This document shows, piece after piece, positions 48,700 to 58,996 of a stretch of 64,000 nucleotides of DNA; the first letter of the stretch is position 1; the number at the start of each line of letters is the position of its first letter. The translations under genes and the position numbers were made by a program. The notes beneath the pieces were generated by a model. The model made no database searches. It was given only the letters and a program-made list of their open reading frames with translations, and was not told where the DNA came from. This DNA comes from Nitrosopumilus sp. (lineage in GTDB: Archaea > Thermoproteota > Nitrososphaeria > Nitrososphaerales > Nitrosopumilaceae). The stretch lies in contig OZ250186.1 of NCBI GenBank assembly GCA_965238275.1, positions 1,504,001-1,568,000 on the forward strand, written 5' to 3'.

Positions 48700-49547
48700 A
48701 GATCACAGTGATTGGTGCAGGGGGCCAGATGGGGCAGTGGTTTACAAAGTACTTTGCCAACAAGGGTTTTGAGGTGACAGGGTATGACTCGGAAAACGAG
48801 GTGTCCGGAAAGAATGTCGCTGTTGGAAACTCGCTGGTCGGCTCGATTCTCAAAACCGACTACGTCATGCTGTGCACCCCTACAAGAAGGACGCCTGAGA
48901 TCATCAGGCTTATTGCAAAGGAGATGCAGAGGGGCACGTATCTCATCGATATATCCTCTGAGAAATCCAAGGTCGCATCGTCCCTCTCAAAGATGCCGGC
49001 AAAGATAAACCCCATATGCATACATCCGATGTTTGGCCCGGGGGTAAAGACGATAAAGGGCCAGAACATAATTACAGTTCCCATAAGGGATGCCAAAAAG
49101 GAGCTTGACATCGTCAAATCACTCTTCGGGGAGGCCAACTTTGTTACCATTGATGCAGCAGAGCATGACAAGAGAATTGCAGTGATTCTGGGGCTGACAC
49201 ACCTGATTAACCTGGTATTTGCAAGCATCATCTCAAAGAACGAGAAGGTCCTGCTTACCGAGAGGATGTCTGGAACCACGTTCAGGGTGCAAAAGACGCT
49301 GGCAGAGAGCATCATGAGGGAGTCCCCGGAGCTTATCGAGACGATCATCGCGAATCCGGATATCCGCAAGTTTGCAGAGGAACTCTGGAAGGACATCGGC
49401 AGGCTCATTACGTCTGTTCAGGAATCCAAGACAGAGGAGATCCTCCAGTACATCAAGGACTGTCAGGAAAGGCTTGCAGCGCATACTGACATTGACGAAT
49501 CCTACAAGAGACTTGCAAAGATGGTAAAGGCAGTTGAAAAGCAGTAG
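48696..49547 (+). CDS. tyrA: Prephenate/arogenate dehydrogenase
   Basis: GAGGQMG, DISSEK, HPMFGP and EHD...LTH. Confidence 0.92.
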   Translation: MKITVIGAGGQMGQWFTKYFANKGFEVTGYDSENEVSGKNVAVGNSLVGSILKTDYVMLCTPTRRTPEIIRLIAKEMQRGTYLIDISSEKSKVASSLSKMPAKINPICIHPMFGPGVKTIKGQNIITVPIRDAKKELDIVKSLFGEANFVTIDAAEHDKRIAVILGLTHLINLVFASIISKNEKVLLTERMSGTTFRVQKTLAESIMRESPELIETIIANPDIRKFAEELWKDIGRLITSVQESKTEEILQYIKDCQERLAAHTDIDESYKRLAKMVKAVEKQ

Positions 49548-49552
49548 CTAGG

Positions 49553-49957
49553 ATGCGCTCTACAAGGATAGTCACATCGTTTATCATGTATGGCAAAAGG
49601 ATACTGATCCTCAAGAGGAGCAGCAGCGTAAGGTCCATGAAGGGACTGTGGGCAGGCGTCAGCGGCATCATCGAGCGGAACGAGGATCCGCTAAAAAGGG
49701 CAAAGATCGAGATATTTGAGGAGGTCGGAATCCCGGAGGATCGGCTTGCCCTGATCAACTCTGCAGACCAGATGACAGTCAGCTCGCCGCAGTACAGGAA
49801 TCACGAGTGGAGGATATTCCCGTTTCTCTTTGAGGCAAGGAGCCCGGCAATCAGGCTGAACTGGGAAAACTCAGAGTTCAAATGGATAGGAATTGACGAA
49901 CTGGACAACTACAGGACCGTCCCCAGCCTTCAAAGGGTTCTACTCAGCCTGCTGTAG
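49553..49957 (+). CDS. NUDIX hydrolase
   Basis: SGIIERNEDPLKRAKIEIFEEVG Nudix box; LNWEN. Confidence 0.9.
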   Translation: MRSTRIVTSFIMYGKRILILKRSSSVRSMKGLWAGVSGIIERNEDPLKRAKIEIFEEVGIPEDRLALINSADQMTVSSPQYRNHEWRIFPFLFEARSPAIRLNWENSEFKWIGIDELDNYRTVPSLQRVLLSLL

Positions 49958-51265
49958 GACGGCGCTCTCGGCGTAGTTCTTCTGCTGTGGCAGCATCATG
50001 TAGACGCACGCCCCGCCGCACATGGTACACGGAACATTGTTCCCCGGGTGCTGTCCGGTCCTGCTGTGGATTCGTGCAGCCTCTTCGGGATCAATGGACA
50101 GCGCAATCTGCTTCTCCCAGTTAAGGGTGCGTCTGGCCTCGGTCATCTCCGTATCCCATTTGATTGCCTTGTCCCGAATCTTGACAAGGTCGCCTGCGTG
50201 TGCTGCAATCCTGTATGCCATGAGTCCGGCCTTGACCTCATCCACATTTGGCAGTGCCAGGTGTTCTGACGGGGTAAGATAACACAGGAGGTCAACGCCC
50301 TCGCTTGCAGAGATCGCCGCACCTATGGCGCTTGCGATGTGATCGTGTCCGGAGGCAATGTCAGTCACCAGCGGCCCGAGGACATAATAGGGCACGTCAC
50401 CAATCAGGGACTTTGCCAGCCGCACGTTGGCTGCAACCTCGTTGAGCGGTACGTGGCCTGGCCCCTCCACCATCACCTGGACGTCCTGCTGGTGCGCGCG
50501 CTTTGTCAGCTGCGAGATGTTTATCATCTCCTGGACCTGCAGCTCGTCATGGGAGTCCAGTATTGATCCCGGTCTGAGTGCATCCCCGAGGCTGAACGTA
50601 ACGTCATATTTTTTTGCAATCTCCATCAGGTAGTCGTAGTGTGTCAGGTACGGATTCTCCTTGTCGTGCTTTAGCATCCATGCCGCAGTAATTGTGCCGC
50701 CCTTGCTAACAATGCCGCCGTGCCGCCTGACCTGGAGTATCCTCTTTGCAATGGCCTTGGTGATTCCGCAGTGGATCGTGGTATAGTCCACCCCGTCCTT
50801 GGCGTTGTTTTCAAAGGCATTCAGATAGTCATCCTCAGTCAGGTTCAGCGGGTTCTTGTGGACGCTTACCCCGTAGTTGTACGCCTCATAGATTGGAACG
50901 GTTCCAAACGTTATGGGTGCCGAATCAAGAAGACTCCTCCGTATCTCCCCGACATCCCCGCCGTCACTGAGATCCATTATCGTATCTGCGTGATACTTTA
51001 CAGCGGTCCTGGCCTTTTTGATCTCCTCGTCTAAGTTGACATTCAGTGTGGATGTTCCAATGTTTACATTTACCTTTGTCTTGAGGCCCCGCCCTATCCC
51101 GACATTGTGGATGTTTTGTGGGCGCCGGTTGTTGCTGGGAATTATGATTGAACCGCGGGCAATCTTTGGGATGAGCCATTCCAGGGAGACATCCTCGTCC
51201 CTTGCCACCTGCCGCATCTCGTCAGTGGCGACACCACGGCGGGCGGCAGTCATTTGCGTAGCCAT
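49940..51265 (-). CDS. thiC: Phosphomethylpyrimidine synthase
   Basis: KVNVNIGTS, MDLS, GTVPIY, SLGDALRPG, EGPGH, EHLALP and C-terminal CTMCG..C. Confidence 0.97.
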   Translation of the reverse strand: MATQMTAARRGVATDEMRQVARDEDVSLEWLIPKIARGSIIIPSNNRRPQNIHNVGIGRGLKTKVNVNIGTSTLNVNLDEEIKKARTAVKYHADTIMDLSDGGDVGEIRRSLLDSAPITFGTVPIYEAYNYGVSVHKNPLNLTEDDYLNAFENNAKDGVDYTTIHCGITKAIAKRILQVRRHGGIVSKGGTITAAWMLKHDKENPYLTHYDYLMEIAKKYDVTFSLGDALRPGSILDSHDELQVQEMINISQLTKRAHQQDVQVMVEGPGHVPLNEVAANVRLAKSLIGDVPYYVLGPLVTDIASGHDHIASAIGAAISASEGVDLLCYLTPSEHLALPNVDEVKAGLMAYRIAAHAGDLVKIRDKAIKWDTEMTEARRTLNWEKQIALSIDPEEAARIHSRTGQHPGNNVPCTMCGGACVYMMLPQQKNYAESAVLQQAE

Positions 51266-51535
51266 TAATCAGTATGAACCATTACCTGATTTAAACAGCT
51301 ACGGTATGTCCCCCTCATGAAGGGCTATCACACAGGGTCTTCCGGGCACGTGATGTTGACTGGCACGGAACTCCCTGCATGGCCGCCGTACCCTGCGACA
51401 GCGCCGCATCATCCCAGGACATGGCATCCTCGGGATGGATGGCGCTAATCTTGGCATCTGCCCCATTCGTCGTCGCACTTGCTGCAGGACCACCGATCAG
51501 CCAAAATAGTTAAATGAAAACGCAGTCATACCAAT

Positions 51536-51949
51536 GTGATGAATGTCTTTGAAAAGCTCTTTGACTGGAAGACCTACATATTTACGGCACTTGCAGTGAT
51601 CTCGTTTTCAAATTTTGTAGCGGTTCTCTTCGGGCAGACGATACCGGGAATAATCGTGGACTTTTTCAGGGTGGCCGGAGAGTATGTTGTTCTGGGGGCA
51701 GTCTTTGTCTTTGCACTGACGTGGCTTCTCAAGGCAAAGCCGCGCACCCGCCCAAAACAGTACTCCGTGGTGGTATTTGACGTGTTTGGGAACATGGACA
51801 CGATTGACGGGATCCGGACCGAGTTCAAGACATTTGATGTGGCATGGAGCTTTATGAAGCAGTACAAAAAGTCATATCCGCTGTACAACTTTGCCATGGT
51901 CTCTGATCTTCCAAAGTCAGACAAGCCGACGATATTCAAGTACATCTGA
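51536..51949 (+). CDS. Two-TM hypothetical membrane protein
   Basis: Two hydrophobic helices and a soluble C-terminal domain (IRTEFKTFDVAWSFMKQYK). Confidence 0.75.
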   Translation: MMNVFEKLFDWKTYIFTALAVISFSNFVAVLFGQTIPGIIVDFFRVAGEYVVLGAVFVFALTWLLKAKPRTRPKQYSVVVFDVFGNMDTIDGIRTEFKTFDVAWSFMKQYKKSYPLYNFAMVSDLPKSDKPTIFKYI

Positions 51950-51985
51950 ATCAGATTTTTATTCATGACCGGGTAAGGGGTTGAA

Positions 51986-53743
51986 GTGGAGTTTTCTATA
52001 CTAGCCCAGACCTTCCAAAGGATGGAATCGACTGCAAAGAGGCTGGAGCTGACCCAGATGCTGGTGGAACTGTTTGAAAAGACGCCGCACGAGGTCATTC
52101 CAAGAATCGTATACCTGCTGCAGGGAAAGATAAGGCCTGAATTTGAGGGAGTCGAGCTTGGCGTGGCAGAGAAGCTTGCCATGAGGGCAGTCTCAAAGTC
52201 ATCGGGCATTCCAGTCAGCAGGATTCAAGACGAGTACCGAAGGAGCGGGGATCTGGGGCACGCATCGTCTGTGATACTTGCACAAAAGACGCAGACTACG
52301 TTCCTTGCAGAGAATATCACAGTAGAGAGGGTGTATGAGACGCTCTTCAGGATTGCAAAACTGGAGGGGCCGCGTTCGCAGGACAAGAAGATGAGGTACA
52401 TATCCAGCCTCCTCAACGACGCAGAGCCACTTGAGGCAGGCTACATCCTTAAGATTCTTCTTGGCACCCTCCGCCTCGGAGTTGCAGAAAACACGGTAAT
52501 GGATGCGCTGGCAGTGGCATTCACAGGAGACAAGGCAAACAGGAAGGCACTCGAGCACGCGTACAACGTCTCAAGCGATCTGGGCATGGTGGCAGGCACC
52601 ATATCTGCAGACGGGCTGCAGGGAATCCTGGAGTTTGACATGATAATGTTCAACCCCGTAAGGCCGATGCTTGCAGACAGGGTCAAAAGCGAGCAGGAGG
52701 CAGTCGGGAAGATGGGCGGAGAGTTTGCAGCAGAGTACAAGCTGGACGGGGAAAGGGTACAGATTCATGTGGACGGCCAAAGGGTGGCGCTGTTCTCAAG
52801 AAGCCTGGAGAACATCTCAGGGTACTATCCGGATATAATGGAGAGGATTCCCGGGGCAGTTGCAGCCGACAGTGCGATTCTGGAGGCCGAGGCTGTTGCG
52901 ATAAACGAGGACACCGGGGGGTTCCTGCCGTTTCAGGAGCTGATGCACAGGAGGAGAAAGTACAACATAGAAAAGGCAGTCATGCAGTATCCAATCGCAG
53001 TCAACTTTTTTGACATACTGTACTGCAATGGGGAGAGCCTCCTGGAGTCAGGCTACCTGGAGAGGAGAAGGATGCTGGAGAAGGTTGTAAAAGAGGACGG
53101 CTTTGCAAGACACATTCCCATGACGCTGGTCCGGGAGGCAGCAGACATTGAGGACTTTTTTGAGAACAGCATCAATGCAGGCAGCGAGGGGCTCATGCTC
53201 AAGACGGCTGACGGACCATACCGGGCAGGCTCCCGGGGAAGCCACTGGCTGAAGCTCAAGCGGGAGTACCAAAACGAACTCGGAGACAGCCTGGATCTGG
53301 TTGTAATTGGCGGATTTTTTGGAAAGGGAAGAAGGACGGGAATGTACGGCACGCTGCTTCTTGCAGCATACAACGAAGACGAAGACGTCTTTACAAGCAT
53401 CTGCAAGGTAGGCACGGGGTTCTCAGACGAGGACCTGGACCAGATGTATCAGATTCTGCACCCCAAGGTCACGATCAGAAAGGATCCGCGCATCGACAGC
53501 GACATGGAGGCAGACGTCTGGTTTGATCCGGAACTGGTAATCGAGGTGGTGGCATCGGAGATTACCGTGAGTCCCATTCACAAGACGGCAATGGACAGCA
53601 TAAGAAAGGACTCAGGACTCGCGCTGAGGTTCCCCAAGTTTACAGGAAAGATAAGGGTAGAAAAGGCAGCAGAGGATGCATCGACAAGCGAGGAGGTCAT
53701 AACCCTGTACCAGGGACAAAACAAGGCATCATCCGGCACATGA
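51986..53743 (+). CDS. lig: ATP-dependent DNA ligase
   Basis: EYKLDGER, EGLMLK, WLKLK, DLVVIG, KVGTG and LRFPKF. Confidence 0.97.
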   Translation: MEFSILAQTFQRMESTAKRLELTQMLVELFEKTPHEVIPRIVYLLQGKIRPEFEGVELGVAEKLAMRAVSKSSGIPVSRIQDEYRRSGDLGHASSVILAQKTQTTFLAENITVERVYETLFRIAKLEGPRSQDKKMRYISSLLNDAEPLEAGYILKILLGTLRLGVAENTVMDALAVAFTGDKANRKALEHAYNVSSDLGMVAGTISADGLQGILEFDMIMFNPVRPMLADRVKSEQEAVGKMGGEFAAEYKLDGERVQIHVDGQRVALFSRSLENISGYYPDIMERIPGAVAADSAILEAEAVAINEDTGGFLPFQELMHRRRKYNIEKAVMQYPIAVNFFDILYCNGESLLESGYLERRRMLEKVVKEDGFARHIPMTLVREAADIEDFFENSINAGSEGLMLKTADGPYRAGSRGSHWLKLKREYQNELGDSLDLVVIGGFFGKGRRTGMYGTLLLAAYNEDEDVFTSICKVGTGFSDEDLDQMYQILHPKVTIRKDPRIDSDMEADVWFDPELVIEVVASEITVSPIHKTAMDSIRKDSGLALRFPKFTGKIRVEKAAEDASTSEEVITLYQGQNKASSGT

Positions 53744-53746
53744 CAG

Positions 53747-53794
53747 TCAGGCAATCAGGCAGGCAATCAGGCAATCAGGCAATCAGGCAGGCAG
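53747..53794. repeat. CAGGCAAT/CAGG short tandem repeat
   Basis: TCAGGCAATCAGGCAGGCAATCAGGCAATCAGGCAATCAGGCAGGCAG immediately after the lig stop. Confidence 0.85.
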
Positions 53795-53957
53795 AGCCGC
53801 CAATGATCAAATCCGGGACGGAATTTTCCACGATTCTCTTTTGGTCAGACAGGCTGTCAGTGGCAGCAACAGCAGCAGCAGCAGCTGCAGGTAACCCTGA
53901 GCCACATCCATGCACGGCCGTGCCCATTTTGCAGTTATAAGTATGATGAGCCATTAG

Positions 53958-54770
53958 TTGTTTGCAATGATTGAGCAGCTGTGGGTCGTCCTGCTGGGAT
54001 TCGTGGCAGGAATGCTGGGCTCCATGATCGGTCTTGGCGGGGGAATAATCATGGTCCCTGTTCTGACGTTTGCAGGATTCATGCCATCTGCTGCCGTAAG
54101 TACTAGCCTCTTTGGGGTCCTCTCAGGCTCAATCTCGTCGACTGTATCCTACTCTAGACGCGTGGGAGTCGACTACGGCCTGGCCCTGAGACTCGGACTG
54201 CCCGGGGTCCCGGGGGCGGTTCTTGGCGCAACACTTGCAGCCGGCGTAAGGCCGGATCTTTTCCAGGCCCTGTTTGCCACGGTGATGATACTGGCTGCCG
54301 TATACCTGCTCATGAAGAGGAGAATCGAGGTTGCAAGGGTATTGCCGCGGCAGAAGAAGAGCATGATGATGCTTGCCATGGGCGTCAGCTTTCTTGCCGG
54401 AATCGCATCTGCATTCTTTGGAATAGGCGGCGGACTCGTACTGATACCGCTGATGGTAATCGGGATGGGAATGACGATGAAGCAGGCAGCGCCCATATCC
54501 ATGATGGCCCTGATAGTCACTGCCTCGTCAGGAGTGCTTGCCCATACTGCCCTGGGCCATCCGGAATTCCTGCATGCAGGACTACTTGTAGTGGGCTGTT
54601 TTGCAGGGGGGCTGGCAGGTGCAGGACTGAACATGAGGATGAAGGAGACGAGGCTCAGGATGGCAGCGGCTGCATTCATACTGCTGGCAGCTGCAAAGCT
54701 GATTTATGACGTGGCAGTCGAGGGCGTGGCCCTTGGCATGATACCTGTCTGGCAGTATAGCGGCGAGTAA
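53958..54770 (+). CDS. TauE/SafE (TSUP) family permease
   Basis: Duplicated GLGGG..VP / GIGGG...P motifs; about 8 TM helices. Confidence 0.92.
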   Translation: MFAMIEQLWVVLLGFVAGMLGSMIGLGGGIIMVPVLTFAGFMPSAAVSTSLFGVLSGSISSTVSYSRRVGVDYGLALRLGLPGVPGAVLGATLAAGVRPDLFQALFATVMILAAVYLLMKRRIEVARVLPRQKKSMMMLAMGVSFLAGIASAFFGIGGGLVLIPLMVIGMGMTMKQAAPISMMALIVTASSGVLAHTALGHPEFLHAGLLVVGCFAGGLAGAGLNMRMKETRLRMAAAAFILLAAAKLIYDVAVEGVALGMIPVWQYSGE

Positions 54771-54779
54771 AAGTTCGTG

Positions 54780-56319
54780 CAAACAGATCTCTCTGTAGCA
54801 TGTCCTGATGCTCTTTCCGGCGCTCTGTCAGACCTTCCAATATTGTCGTCGTTGCCGGATCCAAGCCGACCTGTCGAATTGTTCATTCCAGAACCATCCG
54901 ATCCGTGATCCTCGCGCCTTGTGACGACCTGGGGGCCGACACCTGCAATGGTGCCTCCACGATTCCCGTGGGCTTGGCCGCCAGTCTCCTCCGTCTGGAG
55001 ACAGTCATTATCCAAAATGTTTTTTGCCGCGTTCTTGTCGGCATGGTCCCTCCACTCCCATCCGCATGAGACGCACGTCGACAATGTACCTGTTCATGAT
55101 TCCGCCGTTCCTGGACTTTGCTCCAAAAGGGCCACGTGTTACCCCGCAGGCAGCGCATCTTCTGGCTTGTATGTGCGGATTCCACGCGTCTTGAAATTCC
55201 GCCTTTCTTTTTCATCTGCCATTCAAGCTGGATCCTGAACTCGCCCATTCTGGAATAGGCCATCTCGCGGTTCAACCCCGTCTTTGAAGCCGTTTGATAT
55301 GCCGCAGGATCAAGTTCGGGCCTCATCTTGGTCAAATCCAGATCTTAGTCTTCCACGGTCGAACAATACGGACAGTCCTTTTGTTATCCGCCTGGCAATG
55401 TCGGCCTCGTTGTGTTTTTGCCTGTTTGATGAAGCCGCCCCGCAGGATCGCCTCATCTTTTTCAATTCATGCGTTACCTTGCGGCCGATCTCTTTCCATC
55501 TTCTGGAGCCTGCCTGGCATCTTGATCTAAGTGATTTCAGCTGTTCAATCCTGTCGCCGTCATGCCTCTTGCAGCCTCCGGGGACATTGTACAGTTTTTC
55601 GTTCCCGTCCTCGTCTGCGACTGCCGCAAGGTGCCTGACTCCAAGATCCAGCCCTGCCTTGCATCCGCCGCCGCCACCGCCTGTCGCGGGTTCGGGGTCT
55701 GGGACTTCTATCTGCAAATGCAGTTTGAATTCGCGATCACCATCCTTGGTCTTACGCGTGACCTTGCCCGTGGTGTCAATCATCTGGAATGACACGAGCC
55801 TGCCTTCCGGAACCTTCGTGCGTGGCCTTGCTTCCCCGAGTCCGGGCAGAAACACGGCTCCACTGTCTCGCAGTTTTGGCTTTGCGCGTGAATTCAGCGA
55901 GCGCAGCCTGGTTGTTTTCCTGCCGCGCCTCATCAGGCTGGACGGCTCGGTCCACCGATTGTGCCTGTACGTTTTCTTTTTCCCCAGCTTGATCTGTTTC
56001 TTGCGCCAGATGCGCTTGTTGCCGGGAGGGATACTTTATGACCACCTGCCTGCTTGAGCCGGTTTGCCTTGCGGAATTTGACTGCCGCCTGGAAAGCCTG
56101 CTTTGAGGCGGCCTCATGCATGCGGACGCTGTTGGCCAGGTTGAATTCCCTGCGCCATCCTGTTATCAGGTTGTTGACATCAAACTGTGTGATCCCGGGA
56201 TGTGCAAGTTTCATCATGATTGTCATGTCGTAAATGATGTCTGTTTCCCGGGAGCATTTCACGATCTTGCGTGACAGTTCCCGAGATTGCGTTATCTTGA
56301 TGATTTTACTGACAATCAT
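54780..56319 (-). pseudogene. tnpB: Degenerate TnpB (IS200/IS605 family, RNA-guided nuclease) with several frameshifts; no tnpA
   Basis: Fragments in successive frames: N-terminus (56319), GLDLGVRHLA (RuvC-I), GSRRWK, VED* (RuvC-II), KTGLNR..., AHTSQ, CVSCG (Zn) and HADKNAAKNIL (RuvC-III). Right boundary is approximate. Confidence 0.88.
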
Positions 56320-56401
56320 ACCTGTAGTTGGGATTTATTTTCTTAAAAAGGTGCCCAAAAAATTGCATGAACTTTCGCTTTTCACTATAGCACTAACTAC
56401 A

Positions 56402-56869
56402 TCATGTGCGGGGCGGTTCTTTTTTTATCCTGTAGATGTTTCTCTTTGAGAGCACCACAGTCTCCCCCTCCTGCGTGGTTCCCTCGTAGTCTACGGTGAT
56501 CCTTCCAAACTCCTCATCCACGTCCTCCTTTTTGGATATGGTAAACTTTAGCTTCAGAACCTGGTCGGTGTAAAACGGCCTGAGAAACCTGGTGCCCCTG
56601 TTGTCCCAGTCCGGATCCCCGTCGGTTCCAAGAAGGACCATGTGGTTTCCATATATCTGGCTCAGCCTTGTAAACTCGCCTTCCATTCTTGAGAGGATTG
56701 CCCTTCCCGAGACCATCTGTGCGTCATCATCACCATTCCCTGACTGCCCGTATTCCAGAAACGCGTTTCGCACGCGGGAGAAGTTGAGGTATTCCCTGAG
56801 CTCCTTGGATGATATGCTGCATGTGGAGTGGAACGAATCCCCCACGCGGAACTCTGAAAACTTTTTCAT
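56402..56869 (-). CDS. MaoC-like hot-dog-fold protein
   Basis: FSEFRVGDSF N-terminus, RFLRPFYTDQVL and TTQEGETV; start overlaps the SDR stop (ATGA). Confidence 0.72.
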   Translation of the reverse strand: MKKFSEFRVGDSFHSTCSISSKELREYLNFSRVRNAFLEYGQSGNGDDDAQMVSGRAILSRMEGEFTRLSQIYGNHMVLLGTDGDPDWDNRGTRFLRPFYTDQVLKLKFTISKKEDVDEEFGRITVDYEGTTQEGETVVLSKRNIYRIKKEPPRT

Positions 56870-58638
56870 CTCAGCTCGTCTACGCAGAATATGACGGGGG
56901 ACGACGAATCCCCCCTGCCTGACACAAGATAGTCAAAGACTGCCGTTATTCTGGAATCATCAGACTCCGTGCCTGCCACGGATCCCGGAAGAACCGTGAA
57001 CAGCCTGATGCCGGATTTTAGGACGTCGCTGAGTTCCTGGTTTACAGTAGTGGTGAACGGCCTGAGTGCGCCCCTGAACACCTCGACCTGCGCCCTTTGC
57101 ACCCCGGTAACCTTTCTTCCGGCAGGCATGTCGGGGCCTACAATCATGACTGCGCCCCTGGCATCCCTGTAAAGGCGCGGATCCAGTCTGCCGCCGGGCA
57201 CAAACATCTCAAGGGTTCTCTGGGCGACGGTTGCAGGGGTCGTGATGAATTTTTTAATCAGATCGTCCCACTGGCCCCTTGTCAGTCCCGTCACCTGTGG
57301 TATCTCAGGCAGCCTGCCGGTAAGATGAACCACGCCCAAAATGTCTCCAAGGTTGGTCCTGGCAGTCTCTAGCCATCGTGCCACCTCCTCGGGATTCTGA
57401 ATATCTACAACGTGTGAGTGGAACCTGCTGCTGATGTATTCCTGAATGTCTGCAGGCACCGACTTTGATATGAAGCATGCCACCTTGCCGCCATTCTTCT
57501 CAACGTGGCCTGCCAGGGCCTCTGCCCTCTGCGCGTCTGCCATGTCCGTTGCATCGACTGTAAGCACGACTGCCCTTCCCTTGAAGTCCTGCGTGTGGAC
57601 CTCCGGGGCCGTGGTTGTGACATGGGGCTTTACCGGATAAAACACCCTGTCGCCGGGAACCACCTTTCCGTTTAGAATCCTTGCCATGTCATCGCCGCAC
57701 AGGTTGAGGACTGATTCGGCAACCTGGCCCTGTGAGAGGAATTCCCGGTTTGCAATCATGCGGGACGTGTTCTTTTGAACCTTTTCTGCTATGGTCTGAA
57801 TCTTCTCCAAAAGGCTGGTAAAGACGCCGGTCAGCTCTGCTGCATCGTGGATGCCTGCAAGCTTGTCTGCAGCCTTTGCAATGCCGTCCCTGATTACGTC
57901 ACTGTCCTCGCCCAGCAGCGGAAGCAGTTCCCTGTTTGCAGCATCGACTTCCACGGGGGTAAGGTCACCAAAACCGCTCACCCTCATAAACTCGGCAGCC
58001 GCCTTGGGGTATACGGTCTTGTATATTCTGTCAGAGTGTACCGGTCCTGGATTTGTCGCAATTGATATTATTCCCTTCTCTGCAAGCTCCCACGAGATCA
58101 TCTCTGCCAGCCGGTTCTTTGCCCCCTGCGATGCAGTGTACGGGCTTCTGAAACGGTACGGCCTCTGCTCCAGAGGCCTCTCCTCTGTAAAGAACGTCGA
58201 GATGGTGATTATCTTGCCGCCCTCCTTCATTACCCTCAGGGCCTGTACGGAGCCCCAGAACGTTCCGGTCAGGTGAATCCCAACCGTGCTCTTGAATTCG
58301 TCAAGGGGCGCGTTTGCAAAGCACGTGACCGGGCCGGAGACTCCGGCATTATTAATCACATAGTCTACTGTGACTCCGTCACGGTGCAAAGAGTCAAACA
58401 TGCCAGTCATTCCGGACTCGTCGGCAACGTCCACGCCTGAAAATATCCTGACTGACGCACCCGTATCGTTCCGGGCGATTATCTCCTGCAGCATGCCTGA
58501 CGTCTCTTCCAGGGGTGCCGGCCGCCTTCCAAGAATTATCACGCTGGCGCCGTTTTCTACAAACTTTTTGGCTATTGCCTGGCCGATGCCGGTTCCGCTG
58601 CCTGTCACCAGAGCGGTTTTTCCTTGAAATTTTAACAT
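56866..58638 (-). CDS. Large SDR oxidoreductase with a second degenerate Rossmann-like domain
   Basis: VTGSGTGIG, INNAGVSG, PYTASQ and NPGPVHSDRI; ~590 aa. Confidence 0.85.
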   Translation of the reverse strand: MLKFQGKTALVTGSGTGIGQAIAKKFVENGASVIILGRRPAPLEETSGMLQEIIARNDTGASVRIFSGVDVADESGMTGMFDSLHRDGVTVDYVINNAGVSGPVTCFANAPLDEFKSTVGIHLTGTFWGSVQALRVMKEGGKIITISTFFTEERPLEQRPYRFRSPYTASQGAKNRLAEMISWELAEKGIISIATNPGPVHSDRIYKTVYPKAAAEFMRVSGFGDLTPVEVDAANRELLPLLGEDSDVIRDGIAKAADKLAGIHDAAELTGVFTSLLEKIQTIAEKVQKNTSRMIANREFLSQGQVAESVLNLCGDDMARILNGKVVPGDRVFYPVKPHVTTTAPEVHTQDFKGRAVVLTVDATDMADAQRAEALAGHVEKNGGKVACFISKSVPADIQEYISSRFHSHVVDIQNPEEVARWLETARTNLGDILGVVHLTGRLPEIPQVTGLTRGQWDDLIKKFITTPATVAQRTLEMFVPGGRLDPRLYRDARGAVMIVGPDMPAGRKVTGVQRAQVEVFRGALRPFTTTVNQELSDVLKSGIRLFTVLPGSVAGTESDDSRITAVFDYLVSGRGDSSSPVIFCVDELR

Positions 58639-58996
58639 AGACAAGATGCCCACCTTTTGGCAATATTTAATTGGATTGATTCACGTGGTGCATGCGCTCC
58701 TGTCCGGGATGCCCTGGCAGGAATAATGCAAATGGCCGTCTATCCGGACGGCGATGCCGGCATGTCAGACCAATGGGGCATAACAGCCAGGTACGATGCA
58801 CAAATTCCTAGGACAAGACGTTCCAAATTAATTTAAAATATCGGCCTGCCCCTGTGACGGTCTTGGGACACTGCGATCTCAATGGCAGCGGTCTAAATGG
58901 ATGCCTTTCTGGCAAACTTTTAGGCACGGACATGGCCATGCCCTGGCAGCATCCCGGATGTCTATCTTTATTTGTGGGTATGATTCATGATTTCTG

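Noticed and set aside
36298-49547. DKFP-type shikimate pathway, futalosine genes and chorismate mutase-aminotransferase fusion as novelties
   Set aside because: Expected features of Nitrososphaerota metabolism.
51266-51535. TPP riboswitch upstream of thiC
   Set aside because: No CUGAGA or other TPP core on the minus strand. A TTTAAA box about 25-30 nt before the ATG suggests a leaderless mRNA.
54780-56319. Active Cas12f or CRISPR type V locus
   Set aside because: No array or adaptation genes, and the ORF is broken several times.
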